Source: Deltaproteobacteria bacterium
GTDB taxonomy: Bacteria > Desulfobacterota > Desulfobacteria > Desulfobacterales > C00003060
DNA: 64,000 nucleotides
Direction of reading: 5' to 3'
Assembly (NCBI GenBank): GCA_016930875.1
Contig: JAFGFW010000021.1
Coordinates: 16,416 to 80,415 of the forward strand
In this document: in pieces, positions 17,911 to 27,392 of the stretch
Layout: each line of letters opens with the position of its first letter
How positions within the stretch are numbered: the stretch's first letter is position 1
Notes under the pieces: model-generated
The model's database searches: none
What the model was told of the DNA's origin: nothing
What the model saw: only the letters and a program-made list of their open reading frames with translations
Made by a program: the position numbers and the translations under genes

Positions 17911-17953
17911 GTCCGCCGGAGGCGGACGTTATATAAAATCGCAGAGCGATTTT
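17911..17953. repeat. Two short perfect hairpins of recurring families
   Basis: gtccgcc-gga-ggcggac (17911-17927) and aaaatcgc-aga-gcgatttt (17935-17953). The latter family recurs at ~9300 and ~43285. Confidence 0.55.
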
Positions 17954-17983
17954 ATGAAGCGATTTTATTGAGGAGGTGTGCAG

Positions 17984-18316
17984 ATGGCAGACTATTACAT
18001 CAATGTCTTCTTGGATGATGCAAAACTCAAGCAGGTTGAAGATGCCGGGTTGACCGACAAGATTCAAGAAATAGATGGCAAGAAAGCGATTCAGGTAGAG
18101 GTCAACAAGAAGGAACAAAAGAAGCTTGTGAAAGGCTTCCCGGAATTAACCTTTGATTCTTCGAATGCCGGCGTACTTCCAGAAAACGGAGAGAATATCT
18201 TGATGGGCTTTATAACGGATAATAAGAGCCTGGACATCATGAAGTATGCAATTATACAGCTTTACAAGCCTCTTGCTGGAAGGGATATATCCGGAAGGGG
18301 CACGGGGGCGCGTTAG
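17984..18316 (+). CDS. Hypothetical protein (110 aa)
   Basis: ATG at 17984 with a gaggagg RBS 7 nt upstream. No recognisable motif. Confidence 0.5.
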   Translation: MADYYINVFLDDAKLKQVEDAGLTDKIQEIDGKKAIQVEVNKKEQKKLVKGFPELTFDSSNAGVLPENGENILMGFITDNKSLDIMKYAIIQLYKPLAGRDISGRGTGAR

Positions 18317-18459
18317 TGATGTGCAACGATGAAACTCTACAATCCTTTTGCAGGCAAGGCGCCTCGTTCGATTTTAACGAGGGCTCATGTCATTGAATAA
18401 TTTGCAGGTGGTATGCCGGCTTCTATGAAGAACATGCCACTTAAGGAGGGAATGGGCCC

Positions 18460-19200
18460 TTGGACTTATTCCCTCCTTTTTTGGCCCGTTTAGTTGGCAA
18501 AAGCGTCAACGAGCCAAACGGGCTCAATGGGCAGACCGGTCCAACGGCTCAATGGGTACACAGGCCAAAGGGGAACTTTGTGAAAGAACCAAAAACAACC
18601 AGAGAATATATTGAGGAACAGGTACGGACACTTGCCAAGAGCCCAGAGTGCGGCACCACGCATTATAACCTCGCCGTGGGCCTGATCGCTGAAGGTAAGT
18701 GGAATGATGCTGTGGAAGAACTTATGGCAGCCGTAAATGAATGCCCCACCCTTGGAGAGGCTTACGTGGCGCTGGGTGGCATCTCTTTGCATAAGGGAGA
18801 CTTGAACGCCTGCATCAGGTATAATAAGCAGGCGATTGAGGTCAGGCCAAAATTTGCCCAACCCTATGGAAATATTGGTTTTGCCTATGTGCAGAGGGGT
18901 GAACCGGAGACGGCGGTTGATTTCCTGGAAAAAGCGGTCTCCATTAACCCAGAGTTTATCCAGGCCCACAGTACCCTTGCAAGCGCCTATATCATGCAGG
19001 GCAGACTGGACGATGCCATTGCTGCTGCCAACAGGGCCCTGGAGCTTGATGCCACCTTTGCGGTTGCCCACAACAACCTTGCCCTGGCTTATTTTGAGAA
19101 GGGAGCCTATAAGCAGGCTATTGAGTATTGCGATAAGGCCCTGGCCAACGGATTTGACGTTGAGGCGAAGTTTTTGAAAGAGCTGGAGCAGTATCGGTGA
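18460..19200 (+). CDS. Tetratricopeptide (TPR) repeat protein; start uncertain
   Basis: About five 34-aa TPR units (e.g. AYVALGGISLHKGDLNACIRYNKQAIEVRPKFAQ, AHNNLALAYFEKGAYKQAIEYCDKAL). The listed start is a TTG. Confidence 0.7.
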   Translation: MDLFPPFLARLVGKSVNEPNGLNGQTGPTAQWVHRPKGNFVKEPKTTREYIEEQVRTLAKSPECGTTHYNLAVGLIAEGKWNDAVEELMAAVNECPTLGEAYVALGGISLHKGDLNACIRYNKQAIEVRPKFAQPYGNIGFAYVQRGEPETAVDFLEKAVSINPEFIQAHSTLASAYIMQGRLDDAIAAANRALELDATFAVAHNNLALAYFEKGAYKQAIEYCDKALANGFDVEAKFLKELEQYR

Positions 19201-19402
19201 GTCTACGTTTGGGACTTTCCATACGCCTTGTATGGCCGTCCATGGCGGCGTGGGGTGCTGGGCTTGGCATAATAGGTGCCTAAAGTGCCTAAAATTATAT
19301 CGGAATCCCTGAATCGGAAATGCTCTTAACACCTACATCCTTAGCTCGCTTTCATCATCGCTTGAATCTTCCCAATTTGGGCGAATCCCGTGAGTCACCT
19401 CA

Positions 19403-20644
19403 TTGGCGCTCCGAACCAGAGCTTTGACTGAAGTCCACCAACCCAGGATTAAGTGCCTCTTCCCAACCCCTCAAGGTCCTGTCCCCTTCAATGACCACAT
19501 GTTCCAGGCTCCCATGCGCGTGACTCGTTGCGAGGCTGGTGCGCGTGACGTTTCTGCCTTAAGTTATAGCGGGTATTTTGAGGGGATTACGCAGGTCATC
19601 TCAAGAGACGGCTATGGACTGCTCGTTGATGCTACAGCAAGGCGACTGGCAAGAGATCTCCTTTTGTCTGATATTCAAGAGATCCTGATTTATGCGGAAA
19701 AGCAGGGCAGCGACTACCACCCGGCCAGGATCGAGGTGATGGTTGGCGACCTTCGCGTCCCCTTTGTCATGAACGTAGCTGTTTCGGCAAGGGGAAAGGC
19801 CCGGCTGTGCAGCGAGTTTGACGTGTTGCAGCATCTTGGGAGAAAATATGGTCTCCCCTTTTTACCCCGGGCCTATTTTTACGGTGAAGCCTCTTGCGGT
19901 TCAGGGCATAACGGTGAGGCTGACACGTTCCTTCCTATGTTTTTGGCGGATTGGTTTGAAGGATATCACGAATGCCACCTTTCAGTTGACAGAGAGGATG
20001 GTTCTCAGGGACTCGTCCTTTGGGATACGGACAAGGGTCATTGCCACCTTCGTCCTTCGCACTCGTCACAGGTATACCGTCAGGCAGCAAGGATTTTGAC
20101 CCTGTATTATGATGTGGAGACCTTTGAACAGATCTTCCCATGGCACCATGCGGCAGGTGACTTCATAGTGAAGGCAGCGGAAGAATCCCTGGATGTCAGG
20201 CTGGTCACTGCAAGGCAATACGGCTCCATGATGGACCGCTCCGAAGGGATTTCGGTCCAGGAGGGCTTGCTCTTTTTTCTGTTGAATCTGTCTTTGAGGA
20301 TGCGGCTGGACCGCTTAGACGGTGTGGGCGCTGTTGCATGGGCCGATGATGGATGTCTGGATGCCACCCTGCAGGGTTTTCTGGAAGGCCTAAGGGTCCA
20401 TGAACGACAAGGGATGATTGATATGGGTTTTGTGGAAGATTTCGTTAGACAATGCGGTTTGGTAACCAAGCAAGACCTCTCAGAGAGATTCCATGCCCTT
20501 ATTGATGCCTGTGATCAAGCCGCCCCGGACATGCCTGTGATCAGAGACCATTTGAAAAGGCATATCTCGAGATTTCATTCAGCCTTTCAAGGTTTGGAGG
20601 ATTCGCGGTTTTTAACCACAACGAGACCGGAAACGACCCTATAA
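19403..20644 (+). CDS. Hypothetical protein (413 aa) directly upstream of dsrAB; start uncertain
   Basis: Long ORF with coding-like composition. The listed start is a TTG and an ATG alternative lies at ~19499. No confident motif. Confidence 0.5.
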   Translation: MALRTRALTEVHQPRIKCLFPTPQGPVPFNDHMFQAPMRVTRCEAGARDVSALSYSGYFEGITQVISRDGYGLLVDATARRLARDLLLSDIQEILIYAEKQGSDYHPARIEVMVGDLRVPFVMNVAVSARGKARLCSEFDVLQHLGRKYGLPFLPRAYFYGEASCGSGHNGEADTFLPMFLADWFEGYHECHLSVDREDGSQGLVLWDTDKGHCHLRPSHSSQVYRQAARILTLYYDVETFEQIFPWHHAAGDFIVKAAEESLDVRLVTARQYGSMMDRSEGISVQEGLLFFLLNLSLRMRLDRLDGVGAVAWADDGCLDATLQGFLEGLRVHERQGMIDMGFVEDFVRQCGLVTKQDLSERFHALIDACDQAAPDMPVIRDHLKRHISRFHSAFQGLEDSRFLTTTRPETTL

Positions 20645-20660
20645 TCCAAGGTTTTTTTTG

Positions 20661-20689
20661 TTGACAAACCGCGCAAATAAGTCTATAGG
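20661..20689 (+). promoter_or_regulatory. Sigma70-like promoter upstream of dsrA
   Basis: TTGACA (20661-20666), a 17-nt spacer, then TATAGG (20684-20689). About 200 nt of leader precede the dsrA ATG. Confidence 0.45.
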
Positions 20690-20887
20690 CAAAACTTGCA
20701 CAAGCGTGTTTTCATCTTTTTTTAGAGAGTCCACTTGCACAACACACAATTTTTCTTTGCACGCACTATTATCATTATGGGTTGCGTGCGGAGATCATTG
20801 AAGAGTGAGAGGAGGTGAGGGGGTACTTTACTTTATTGGGAACCGGCTACAAACAGATTTCTAAAATAATCAAATGGAGGTGGAATA

Positions 20888-22210
20888 ATGGTTGAATTTA
20901 AACACAAAACTCCAAAGATCGATCAACTGGAAACCGGACCGTGGACGAGTTTTGTTTCAGACATCAAGCGTGAACACGAGTCCAGGATGGAAAATCCAAA
21001 AGGGATCGATTTCCAGTTTAACCAGAATTGCTGTGAAGACCTTCTGGGTGTGCTTGAATTATCGTATGAACACGGCAGGACCCACTGGAAGCACGGCGGC
21101 ATTGTCGGCGTGTTCGGATACGGCGGCGGCGTCATCGGCCGGTATTGCGACCAGCCTGAGATGTTTCCGGCTGTGGCGCACTTTCACACCCTTCGTGTCA
21201 ACCAACCCATGGGGCACTATTACACCACTGAGTACCTGGAGCAACTCATGGACCTGTGGGAAAGACGCGGCAGCGGCCTCACCAACATGCACGGCGCCAC
21301 GGGTGACATCATCTTTCTTGGGACGAGCACACCCCAGTTGGAAGAGGTGTTCTTTGAATTGACCCACAACATAAACCAGGATCTGGGTGGTTCAGGGTCG
21401 AACCTGCGCACCCCGTCTGATTGCATGGGTCAGTCCATGTGTGAGTTCGCGTGTTACGACACTCAGGAGTTCTGTTACCAAATGACCATGGAATATCAGG
21501 ACGAGCTGCATCGACCTGCGTTCCCTTATAAATTCAAGTTCAAATTTGATGGCTGCCCCAACTGCTGCGTGGCCTCTATTGCCCGGTCTGACTTATCCTT
21601 TATCGGCACCTGGCGCGATGATATCCGCATCGATCAGGAGGCAGTTAAGGCGTATGTAGGCGGAGAATTGAAGCCTAATGGCGGTTCCCATGCAGGTCGT
21701 GACTGGGGCCCATTCGACATCCAGAAAGAGGTGATCGATCTTTGCCCCACGGAATGTATGCGATGGGACGGCAGCAAGCTCGAAATCAACACCCCCGAAT
21801 GTACTCGGTGCATGCACTGCATCAATGTCATGCCCAGGGCGCTTCGAGTAGGCCTTGATAGGGGTTGTTCTGTCCTGGCCGGCGCCAAGGCCCCCATCCT
21901 GGATGGCGCCCAGATGGCTACATTAATTGTGCCCTTTATTAAGGTAGAGCCGCCCTATGATGAGGTCAAGGAAACGATCGTTGAACCGATCTGGGATTGG
22001 TGGATGGAAGAGGGCAAGAACCGCGAGCGCCTTGGCGAGCTGATCAAGCGGCAGGGTATGCAGAAGCTCCTGGATGTGACAGGTTTCAAGGCCATTCCGC
22101 AGATGATTCAGGAACCTCGATCCAATCCGTACGTTTTCTGGAAGGAAGATGAGGTTCCCGGCGGATTTAAACGCGATATCAACGAATTCAGAAAGTATCA
22201 TCAAAGATAG
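20888..22210 (+). CDS. dsrA: Dissimilatory sulfite reductase alpha subunit
   Basis: The N-terminus KTPKIDQLETGPWTSFVSDIKRE is typical of DsrA. Has siroheme/[4Fe-4S] Cys motifs and a ferredoxin-like insert (CPTECM...CTRCMHC). 440 aa, directly followed by dsrB. Confidence 0.95.
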   Translation: MVEFKHKTPKIDQLETGPWTSFVSDIKREHESRMENPKGIDFQFNQNCCEDLLGVLELSYEHGRTHWKHGGIVGVFGYGGGVIGRYCDQPEMFPAVAHFHTLRVNQPMGHYYTTEYLEQLMDLWERRGSGLTNMHGATGDIIFLGTSTPQLEEVFFELTHNINQDLGGSGSNLRTPSDCMGQSMCEFACYDTQEFCYQMTMEYQDELHRPAFPYKFKFKFDGCPNCCVASIARSDLSFIGTWRDDIRIDQEAVKAYVGGELKPNGGSHAGRDWGPFDIQKEVIDLCPTECMRWDGSKLEINTPECTRCMHCINVMPRALRVGLDRGCSVLAGAKAPILDGAQMATLIVPFIKVEPPYDEVKETIVEPIWDWWMEEGKNRERLGELIKRQGMQKLLDVTGFKAIPQMIQEPRSNPYVFWKEDEVPGGFKRDINEFRKYHQR

Positions 22211-22222
22211 GGGGTGACAACA

Positions 22223-23374
22223 ATGGCATTTATTTCTTCAGGATATAATCCCGACAAACCGATGGAGAACAGAATCACGGATATTGGACCGAGATATTAT
22301 GAAGAGTTCTATCCACCAATCATCAAGAAAAACAAAGGCAAATGGCTGTACCACGAGATTCTCGAGCCGGGCATTGTGGTTCATGTGGCTGAAAGCGGAG
22401 ACGAACTCTATGCGATCCGGGTTGGCGGCTGCCGTCTTATGAGCGTATCTCACATCCGTGAGATCATGGAGTTGGCCGACAAATACGGTGACGGCTATGT
22501 CCGGTGGACTACGCGAAACAACGTAGAATTCATGACGGACAGCAAGGATAAGGCTATGGCCTTGAAGGACGACCTGCTGAGCCGGAAGCAACCCGGCGGC
22601 TGTTACAAGTTCCCCATAGGGGGTACGGGTGCTTCCATTACCAATATTGTACATACCCAGGGCTGGATTCACTGCCACACGCCGGCAACAGATGCCTCTG
22701 GCACGGTCAAGTGCACGATGGACGCTCTGTTCGACCAATGGGAAAACATGAAGCTTCCGGCCAAGCTCAGGGTCTCCATGGCCTGCTGCCTGAACATGTG
22801 CGGCGCGGTCCACTGCTCAGACATTGCCATCCTGGGTTATCACCGCAAACCGCCCATGATTGACGCGGAATATATTGACAAGATGTGCGAGATTCCTCTT
22901 GCCATTGCGGCGTGCCCCACGGCAGCCATCAAGCCGGCCAAATATGAAACGGCGGACGGCAAAAAGCTAAACTCCGTGGCTGTCAACGAGGAGCGGTGCA
23001 TGTTCTGCGGCAACTGCTACACCATGTGCCCGTCCATGCCTCTTGCTGATACGGAAGGGGATGGTATCGTGCTCATGGCAGGCGGTAAGATATCAAACAG
23101 GATAGACGCACCCAAGTTTTCCAAGGTCGTGGTCGCGTTTATTGAGAATGAACCGCCCCGCTGGCCGACATTGACCAAAACAATCAAGAGGATAGTGGAC
23201 GCATATTCGGCTGATGCGAGAAAATACGAGCGGCTGGGCCAATGGGCCGAAAGGATCGGCTGGGAGAAGTTCTTTGAGAAGTGCGAACTTGAATTTACCC
23301 ATCATCTCATCGATGATTTCCGTGACCCGGCGTATTACACCTGGCGCCAAAGCACCAATTTTAAGTTTACCTAA
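22223..23374 (+). CDS. dsrB: Dissimilatory sulfite reductase beta subunit
   Basis: [45 protein letters not shown] is a typical DsrB N-terminus. Has [11 protein letters not shown] and [12 protein letters not shown] motifs. Start moved to the ATG at 22223. Confidence 0.95.
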   Translation: MAFISSGYNPDKPMENRITDIGPRYYEEFYPPIIKKNKGKWLYHEILEPGIVVHVAESGDELYAIRVGGCRLMSVSHIREIMELADKYGDGYVRWTTRNNVEFMTDSKDKAMALKDDLLSRKQPGGCYKFPIGGTGASITNIVHTQGWIHCHTPATDASGTVKCTMDALFDQWENMKLPAKLRVSMACCLNMCGAVHCSDIAILGYHRKPPMIDAEYIDKMCEIPLAIAACPTAAIKPAKYETADGKKLNSVAVNEERCMFCGNCYTMCPSMPLADTEGDGIVLMAGGKISNRIDAPKFSKVVVAFIENEPPRWPTLTKTIKRIVDAYSADARKYERLGQWAERIGWEKFFEKCELEFTHHLIDDFRDPAYYTWRQSTNFKFT

Positions 23375-23400
23375 ACCGCATAATTAATATTGCAATCATT

Positions 23401-23445
23401 CCCTTTGCCCTCTTCCGCCTACGGCGGAGAGAGGGCGAGGGGAGC
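23401..23445. repeat. GC-rich hairpin between dsrB and dsrD
   Basis: gccctcttccgcc-tac-ggcggagagagggc. Same general type as the hairpin at 54545-54595. Confidence 0.5.
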
Positions 23446-23481
23446 GAAAAGATACTTAGCACATACGAAAAGAGGCAAGAC

Positions 23482-23718
23482 ATGGACGAAGAAGCAGCCA
23501 AAAAGTTAATCGTAGAGAGTCTACAGAAAAAGAAGGGCAAGTCCAAATTCTATCTGAAGGACTTTTATAAGATGTTGCCCGATGAGAAGAACAGAGAGGT
23601 AAAGAACCTGGTCAACAAGATGGTCGGTGAAGGGACCCTTGAGTACTGGTCCAGCGGGAGCACTACGCTGATCGGTCTTAAGGGGGCAGGCAAGCAGGCC
23701 CACACAGAAGAAGACTAA
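23482..23718 (+). CDS. dsrD: DsrD (small winged-helix protein of dsr operons)
   Basis: 78 aa and Lys-rich, with an EYWSSGSTT motif. Sits immediately after dsrAB. Confidence 0.9.
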   Translation: MDEEAAKKLIVESLQKKKGKSKFYLKDFYKMLPDEKNREVKNLVNKMVGEGTLEYWSSGSTTLIGLKGAGKQAHTEED

Positions 23719-23765
23719 AATAGGGCCAGCCTGTGTCCTTTTTGGGCTGAGTAGACCATTTACTT

Positions 23766-25196
23766 ATGGCTTATCCCCGGATTTTAATTTCTGCCCTGCG
23801 CGGGGGTTCGGGGAAGACGATAGTCTCACTCGGGATGATCGCATCCTGGCAAAAGCGCGGGATGGTCATTGCCCCCTTTAAGAAGGGACCGGATTTTATT
23901 GACGCGGGCTGGCTGGCCCTGGCTGCCGGCCGGCCCTGTCATAATCTGGACGCCTTCTTGGTGCCCGCCGAGAACATTCTCCTTTCTTTTACACGCCACA
24001 CGCTTGCCGCCGACGTTGCAGTCATTGAGGGTAATCGAGGTCTATACGACGGCATTGACCTTGAAGGCGCTACCAGTACGTCAGAACTCGCCAAACTCCT
24101 GAAAGCCCCTGTAGTCCTTGTCATCGATTGCACCAAGAGCACGCGCACGGTAGCTGCCGTGGTCAAAGGGTGCATCCGATTCGATCCCGATGTCCGCATT
24201 TGCGGAGTCATTCTCAACCGGATAGCCGGCGCCCGCCACGAGTCAATTCTCCGACAAACTGTCGAACATTACTGCGCCGTTCCTGTTCTTGGCGCCATAC
24301 CCAGGATCAAAGCAGAGGCCTTTCCGGAAAGACATATGGGGCTTGTCCCCACGCCTGAGCATGGCCGGGCCGATACGTCCGTCCAAAAGGCGGCTGATAT
24401 GGCTGAGCAATATCTGGATTTGGAGAGGCTCCTTGGCATTGCCAGGGAGGCGCCGCGTCTCGTAGCCGATGAAATCCCCCCCGGCCCCCCTTTGACCCTT
24501 ACCCCCCCCCTTGATAAAGGGGGGCAGGGGGGATTTAGGGGGATTTTCAAGGACGCACCGCCTCGTATTGGGGTGATCCGGGACGCTGCATTCCAGTTTT
24601 ATTATCCTGAAAACCTGGAGGCCCTTGAGGCCGCCGGGGCCGAGGTTGTCACGGTGAGCGCCCTGACAGATCAGCGGCTTCCGAGCCTGGACGGCCTTTA
24701 CATCGGCGGCGGTTTTCCGGAAACCCAGGCACAAGCCCTGGCAGAAAACCAAGGGTTCCGGGAGGATGTGCGCCGGCTGGCTGAAGATGGGCTTCCCGTC
24801 TATGCCGAATGCGGCGGGCTGATGTATTTAGGCGAATCTCTGGTCCTGGACGGCGTGACTTATCCCATGGCAGGGGTCCTTCCCGTTGTCTTCGGGTTTT
24901 CCAGGCGGCCGGAGGGGCACGGCTACACGATCTTTGAGGTGGAAAAGCCCAACCCTTATTTTGAAACCGGCATGCGGGTTCGGGGCCATGAGTTTCATTA
25001 TTCCAAGGTATTGAGCTGGAAAGGAAAACCAGAGGATCTGGCCTTCCGGATGGTCCGGGGGGAAGGATTTGACGGCAGAAGCGACGGTCTTTGCTACAAG
25101 AAGACCCTCGCCACCTACACGCACATTCATGCCCTGGGAACCCCTTCCTGGGCCGAGAAAATGGTTGAGGCAGCGGTTTTGTATCAAAAAAAATAG
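23766..25196 (+). CDS. dsrN: Cobyrinate a,c-diamide synthase family amidase (DsrN-type, predicted siroheme amidase)
   Basis: N-terminal GGSGKT P-loop and a C-terminal GATase domain (YAECGGLMYL, HEFHYS). Position after dsrABD. Confidence 0.85.
   Translation: MAYPRILISALRGGSGKTIVSLGMIASWQKRGMVIAPFKKGPDFIDAGWLALAAGRPCHNLDAFLVPAENILLSFTRHTLAADVAVIEGNRGLYDGIDLEGATSTSELAKLLKAPVVLVIDCTKSTRTVAAVVKGCIRFDPDVRICGVILNRIAGARHESILRQTVEHYCAVPVLGAIPRIKAEAFPERHMGLVPTPEHGRADTSVQKAADMAEQYLDLERLLGIAREAPRLVADEIPPGPPLTLTPPLDKGGQGGFRGIFKDAPPRIGVIRDAAFQFYYPENLEALEAAGAEVVTVSALTDQRLPSLDGLYIGGGFPETQAQALAENQGFREDVRRLAEDGLPVYAECGGLMYLGESLVLDGVTYPMAGVLPVVFGFSRRPEGHGYTIFEVEKPNPYFETGMRVRGHEFHYSKVLSWKGKPEDLAFRMVRGEGFDGRSDGLCYKKTLATYTHIHALGTPSWAEKMVEAAVLYQKK
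24471..24550. repeat. Palindromic repeat element embedded in-frame in the dsrN inter-domain linker
   Basis: gaaatccccccc...ccccccccttgataaaggggggcaggggggatttagggggatttt. The right end closely matches the intergenic hairpin at 1800-1826. Confidence 0.65.
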
Positions 25197-25232
25197 GGTA
25201 AGGTCGGAAAGACGCTTACCCTATTCTTATTT
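25185..25232. terminator. Bidirectional rho-independent terminator (dsrN / cytochrome c3)
   Basis: Perfect 11-bp stem aatagggtaag / cttaccctatt (25192-25202 / 25215-25225), flanked by an A-run and a T-rich tract. Confidence 0.75.
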
Positions 25233-25246
25233 CTCGTCCGTCGCCT

Positions 25247-25702
25247 TTACTTTTTCTCGGGCTTAGGATGGCAGTCCTTGCATGCCGTGGGTCCGGTAGG
25301 CTTGGCCGCCTTCTTCAGATCCTTGTGACACCCCACACAGTTCTCATGAATCGCTGAGTAGTGGTACTTTTTGATCTTTTCCTTCTTGGGTATCTTTGTC
25401 TCGCCCTTCTTTTCCTTGGGCGCCTTTGCTTCTGTGTGACAGGCATCACACTTTTGGACTGCCTCGCCCTCTTTCCATACGTTCTTGCCATCCTTGTAAA
25501 CATGATGGCAATCGGCGCAGGCAATCTTGTAATCCACGTTGTGTTTCTTGTGGGTAAAGGTTACCAGAACCTTTTTGTGCTTTTTATAGACCTTTGAGTT
25601 CATAGTCATGGTATCAGCCGGGTCTGTGGCGTAACCGACTGAAAAGAGAAACACAACGGCGATGGCTGTCACCGTTAGAATTAACAATGATTGTTTCTTC
25701 AT
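25247..25702 (-). CDS. Periplasmic tetraheme cytochrome c3-family protein
   Basis: Signal peptide MKKQSLLILTVTAIAVVFLFSVGYA. Four CxxCH motifs (CADCH, CDACH, CVGCH, CKDCH) plus extra His ligands. Confidence 0.85.
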   Translation of the reverse strand: MKKQSLLILTVTAIAVVFLFSVGYATDPADTMTMNSKVYKKHKKVLVTFTHKKHNVDYKIACADCHHVYKDGKNVWKEGEAVQKCDACHTEAKAPKEKKGETKIPKKEKIKKYHYSAIHENCVGCHKDLKKAAKPTGPTACKDCHPKPEKK

Positions 25703-25815
25703 AAGCCGCTTTCACCTCCTTTCTTGAATTTGATCAACAAAAAACGCTAAACACCTGTAGATAGAAATGGTTTGCGGATATCAGAGTTTTCCATAAGTGT
25801 CAAGAATAAAACCTC

Positions 25816-26577
25816 TTATCCAGCGGTTTCTTGAGGTTCCTCCACGTCTTGCTTGGCCTTCTTTTTTCCAAACACCCTTGCCCCTACAATACTTACCTCG
25901 TAGAGTACGATCAGTGGGCCGGACATCATGATCTGGGTGATGACGTCCGGCGGAGTCAGGATAGCTGAAAATATGAAGAAGAGGAGGATAGCGTACTTGC
26001 GCTTGGCCTTAAGGAACTGGACGTCCACTATACCGAGTTTAGCGAGAAAGGTTACAAAAAGCGGAAGTTCAAAGACGATGCCAAACGCAAAGAGAAGTTT
26101 GGAGGAAAAACCGAGATATTCTTTCATCGACGGGAGGGGCCTAATAGCATCAGATGCAAACCCCATAAAAAACTTGAACCCAAAAGGAAAGACAACAAAA
26201 TAGCCAAACAAGGCTCCGCCTAAAAAGAAGAAAGAAGAGAGGAACACAATCGGAAAAACCCAGCGTTTTTCTTTGTCGTATAGTCCCGGAGCAATGAACA
26301 TCCAAACCTCGTACATAATGACAGGCACGGCCAAAAGAATCCCTGCAAGAAAAGCGACTTTCAGATAGGTGAAAAAGGCCTCGGGGAGTGCGGTGTAGAT
26401 GAGCTTTTCCTCCGGGGGCATGGCCGTGAGGAGGGGCTGCATGAGGATATTAAAGAGCGTCTTTGAAAAAAAATAACAGACGAGAAAGCCGATGCCGATT
26501 GCAATAAAGCATACGATCAGACGCTTGCGAAGCTCATCAAGATGGGAGGTGAAAGGGATCTTGTCGTCTTCAGGCAT
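25816..26577 (-). CDS. tatC: Twin-arginine translocase subunit TatC
   Basis: MPEDDKIPFTSHLDELRKRLI start and six predicted TM segments. The ATG at 26577 overlaps the upstream tatA/B stop (ATGCCTGA). Confidence 0.9.
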   Translation of the reverse strand: MPEDDKIPFTSHLDELRKRLIVCFIAIGIGFLVCYFFSKTLFNILMQPLLTAMPPEEKLIYTALPEAFFTYLKVAFLAGILLAVPVIMYEVWMFIAPGLYDKEKRWVFPIVFLSSFFFLGGALFGYFVVFPFGFKFFMGFASDAIRPLPSMKEYLGFSSKLLFAFGIVFELPLFVTFLAKLGIVDVQFLKAKRKYAILLFFIFSAILTPPDVITQIMMSGPLIVLYEVSIVGARVFGKKKAKQDVEEPQETAG

Positions 26578-26992
26578 CTCTGGAAGGCCCTTTCTGCTCC
26601 TGCCCCTGGTCTTCCTCTTGTTGAGATGTATCCGCGACAGGCCCTGCCGGAGCTCCCTTGACGTCCTCTTCAAAGGTATGTTCCAGGTCCTCTTCCGACA
26701 CAGAGTCATCGTCTGCTTCTGATGCATTGTTTTTGTGAACAGAAGCAGCGCCTGCGGCCATTGATTCGTGAACGGTCTTTTGAATATCCCCCTTGATCTC
26801 TTTTATCGTATCCTTGGCCTCCTTGAAGTCATTGTCTACTTCAATGCTTTGCTTCAGGTCCTGCGTGGCTTTCTTGAACTCCGCGATACCCCGTCCCAGG
26901 GATTTGGCGATTTCAGGAAGCTTTTTCGGGCCAAGGACGATCAGGGCAATAGCCAGAATCAATATAATCTCCGGCATTCCCATGCCAAACAT
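26570..26992 (-). CDS. TatA/TatB-family Sec-independent translocase subunit
   Basis: MFGMGMPEIILILAIALIVLGPKKLPEIAKSLGRGIAEFKKA, then an acidic tail. ATG at 26992 with a gggag RBS. Confidence 0.85.
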   Translation of the reverse strand: MFGMGMPEIILILAIALIVLGPKKLPEIAKSLGRGIAEFKKATQDLKQSIEVDNDFKEAKDTIKEIKGDIQKTVHESMAAGAASVHKNNASEADDDSVSEEDLEHTFEEDVKGAPAGPVADTSQQEEDQGQEQKGPSRDA

Positions 26993-27106
26993 AAGCAACT
27001 CCCTACTTGCTTAATATTTTGGAAATATGGATAAAAAATTATACAAATTATAACGATATCTCGGTTCTGTGTCAAGGCATATCAGAACAGCTTGCACACA
27101 ATTATA

Positions 27107-27135
27107 TTGACAACAAATCCGACCTTCCCTAAACT
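27107..27135 (+). promoter_or_regulatory. Sigma70-like promoter for tRNA-Leu
   Basis: TTGACA (27107-27112), a 17-nt spacer, then TAAACT (27130-27135), 20 nt before the tRNA 5' end. Confidence 0.5.
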
Positions 27136-27155
27136 GCTTTTTGAAAGCGGCTCAA

Positions 27156-27243
27156 GCCGGAGTGGTGAAATTGGTAGACGCAGAGGACTCAAAATCCTCC
27201 GGGCCTTGCGCCCGTGTCGGTTCGATTCCGACCTCCGGCACCA
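27156..27243 (+). tRNA. tRNA-Leu (anticodon CAA), CCA encoded
   Basis: Acceptor stem GCCGGAG/CTCCGGC, D-loop AAATTGGTAGA, anticodon stem-loop GAGGA-CTCAAAA-TCCTC, long variable arm, T-arm GGTTCGATTCC. Close to the E. coli tRNA-Leu layout. Confidence 0.9.
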
Positions 27244-27251
27244 ACATGAAC

Positions 27252-27290
27252 AGGGGCTCGCCATTGTCGGCCGGCCCCTTTTCTTTTTTG
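27252..27290 (+). terminator. Rho-independent terminator after tRNA-Leu
   Basis: aggggc...gcccct stem followed by ttttcttttttg. Confidence 0.6.
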
Positions 27291-27301
27291 TCTTTTTTGT
27301 C

Positions 27302-27330
27302 TTGACAAGAAAGACCATTTTGTGTATGAG
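27302..27330 (+). promoter_or_regulatory. Sigma70-like promoter for the RsbRD_N-dsrMKJOP operon
   Basis: TTGACA (27302-27307), a 17-nt spacer, then TATGAG (27325-27330). A small hairpin tgaggc...gcctca follows. Confidence 0.4.
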
Positions 27331-27392
27331 GCATTGAGGTTACGCCTCATTGAAATCGCTTCTCATTTAGAGAACAAGGACCATTGTTAATC

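Noticed and set aside
19403-20644. Kinase/phosphotransferase-like assignment for the 413-aa protein upstream of dsrA.
   Set aside because: There is only a vague resemblance (WHHAAGDF versus the HGDxxxxN motif). That is insufficient to name a family, so it stays hypothetical.
27156-27243. tRNA-Leu as an integration site for a genomic island.
   Set aside because: No integrase, direct repeat of the tRNA 3' end, or accessory genes flank it. It sits between the core tat and dsrMKJOP genes.
27082-27337. Three listed ORFs overlapping 27082-27337.
   Set aside because: They overlap the tRNA-Leu gene and its terminator.
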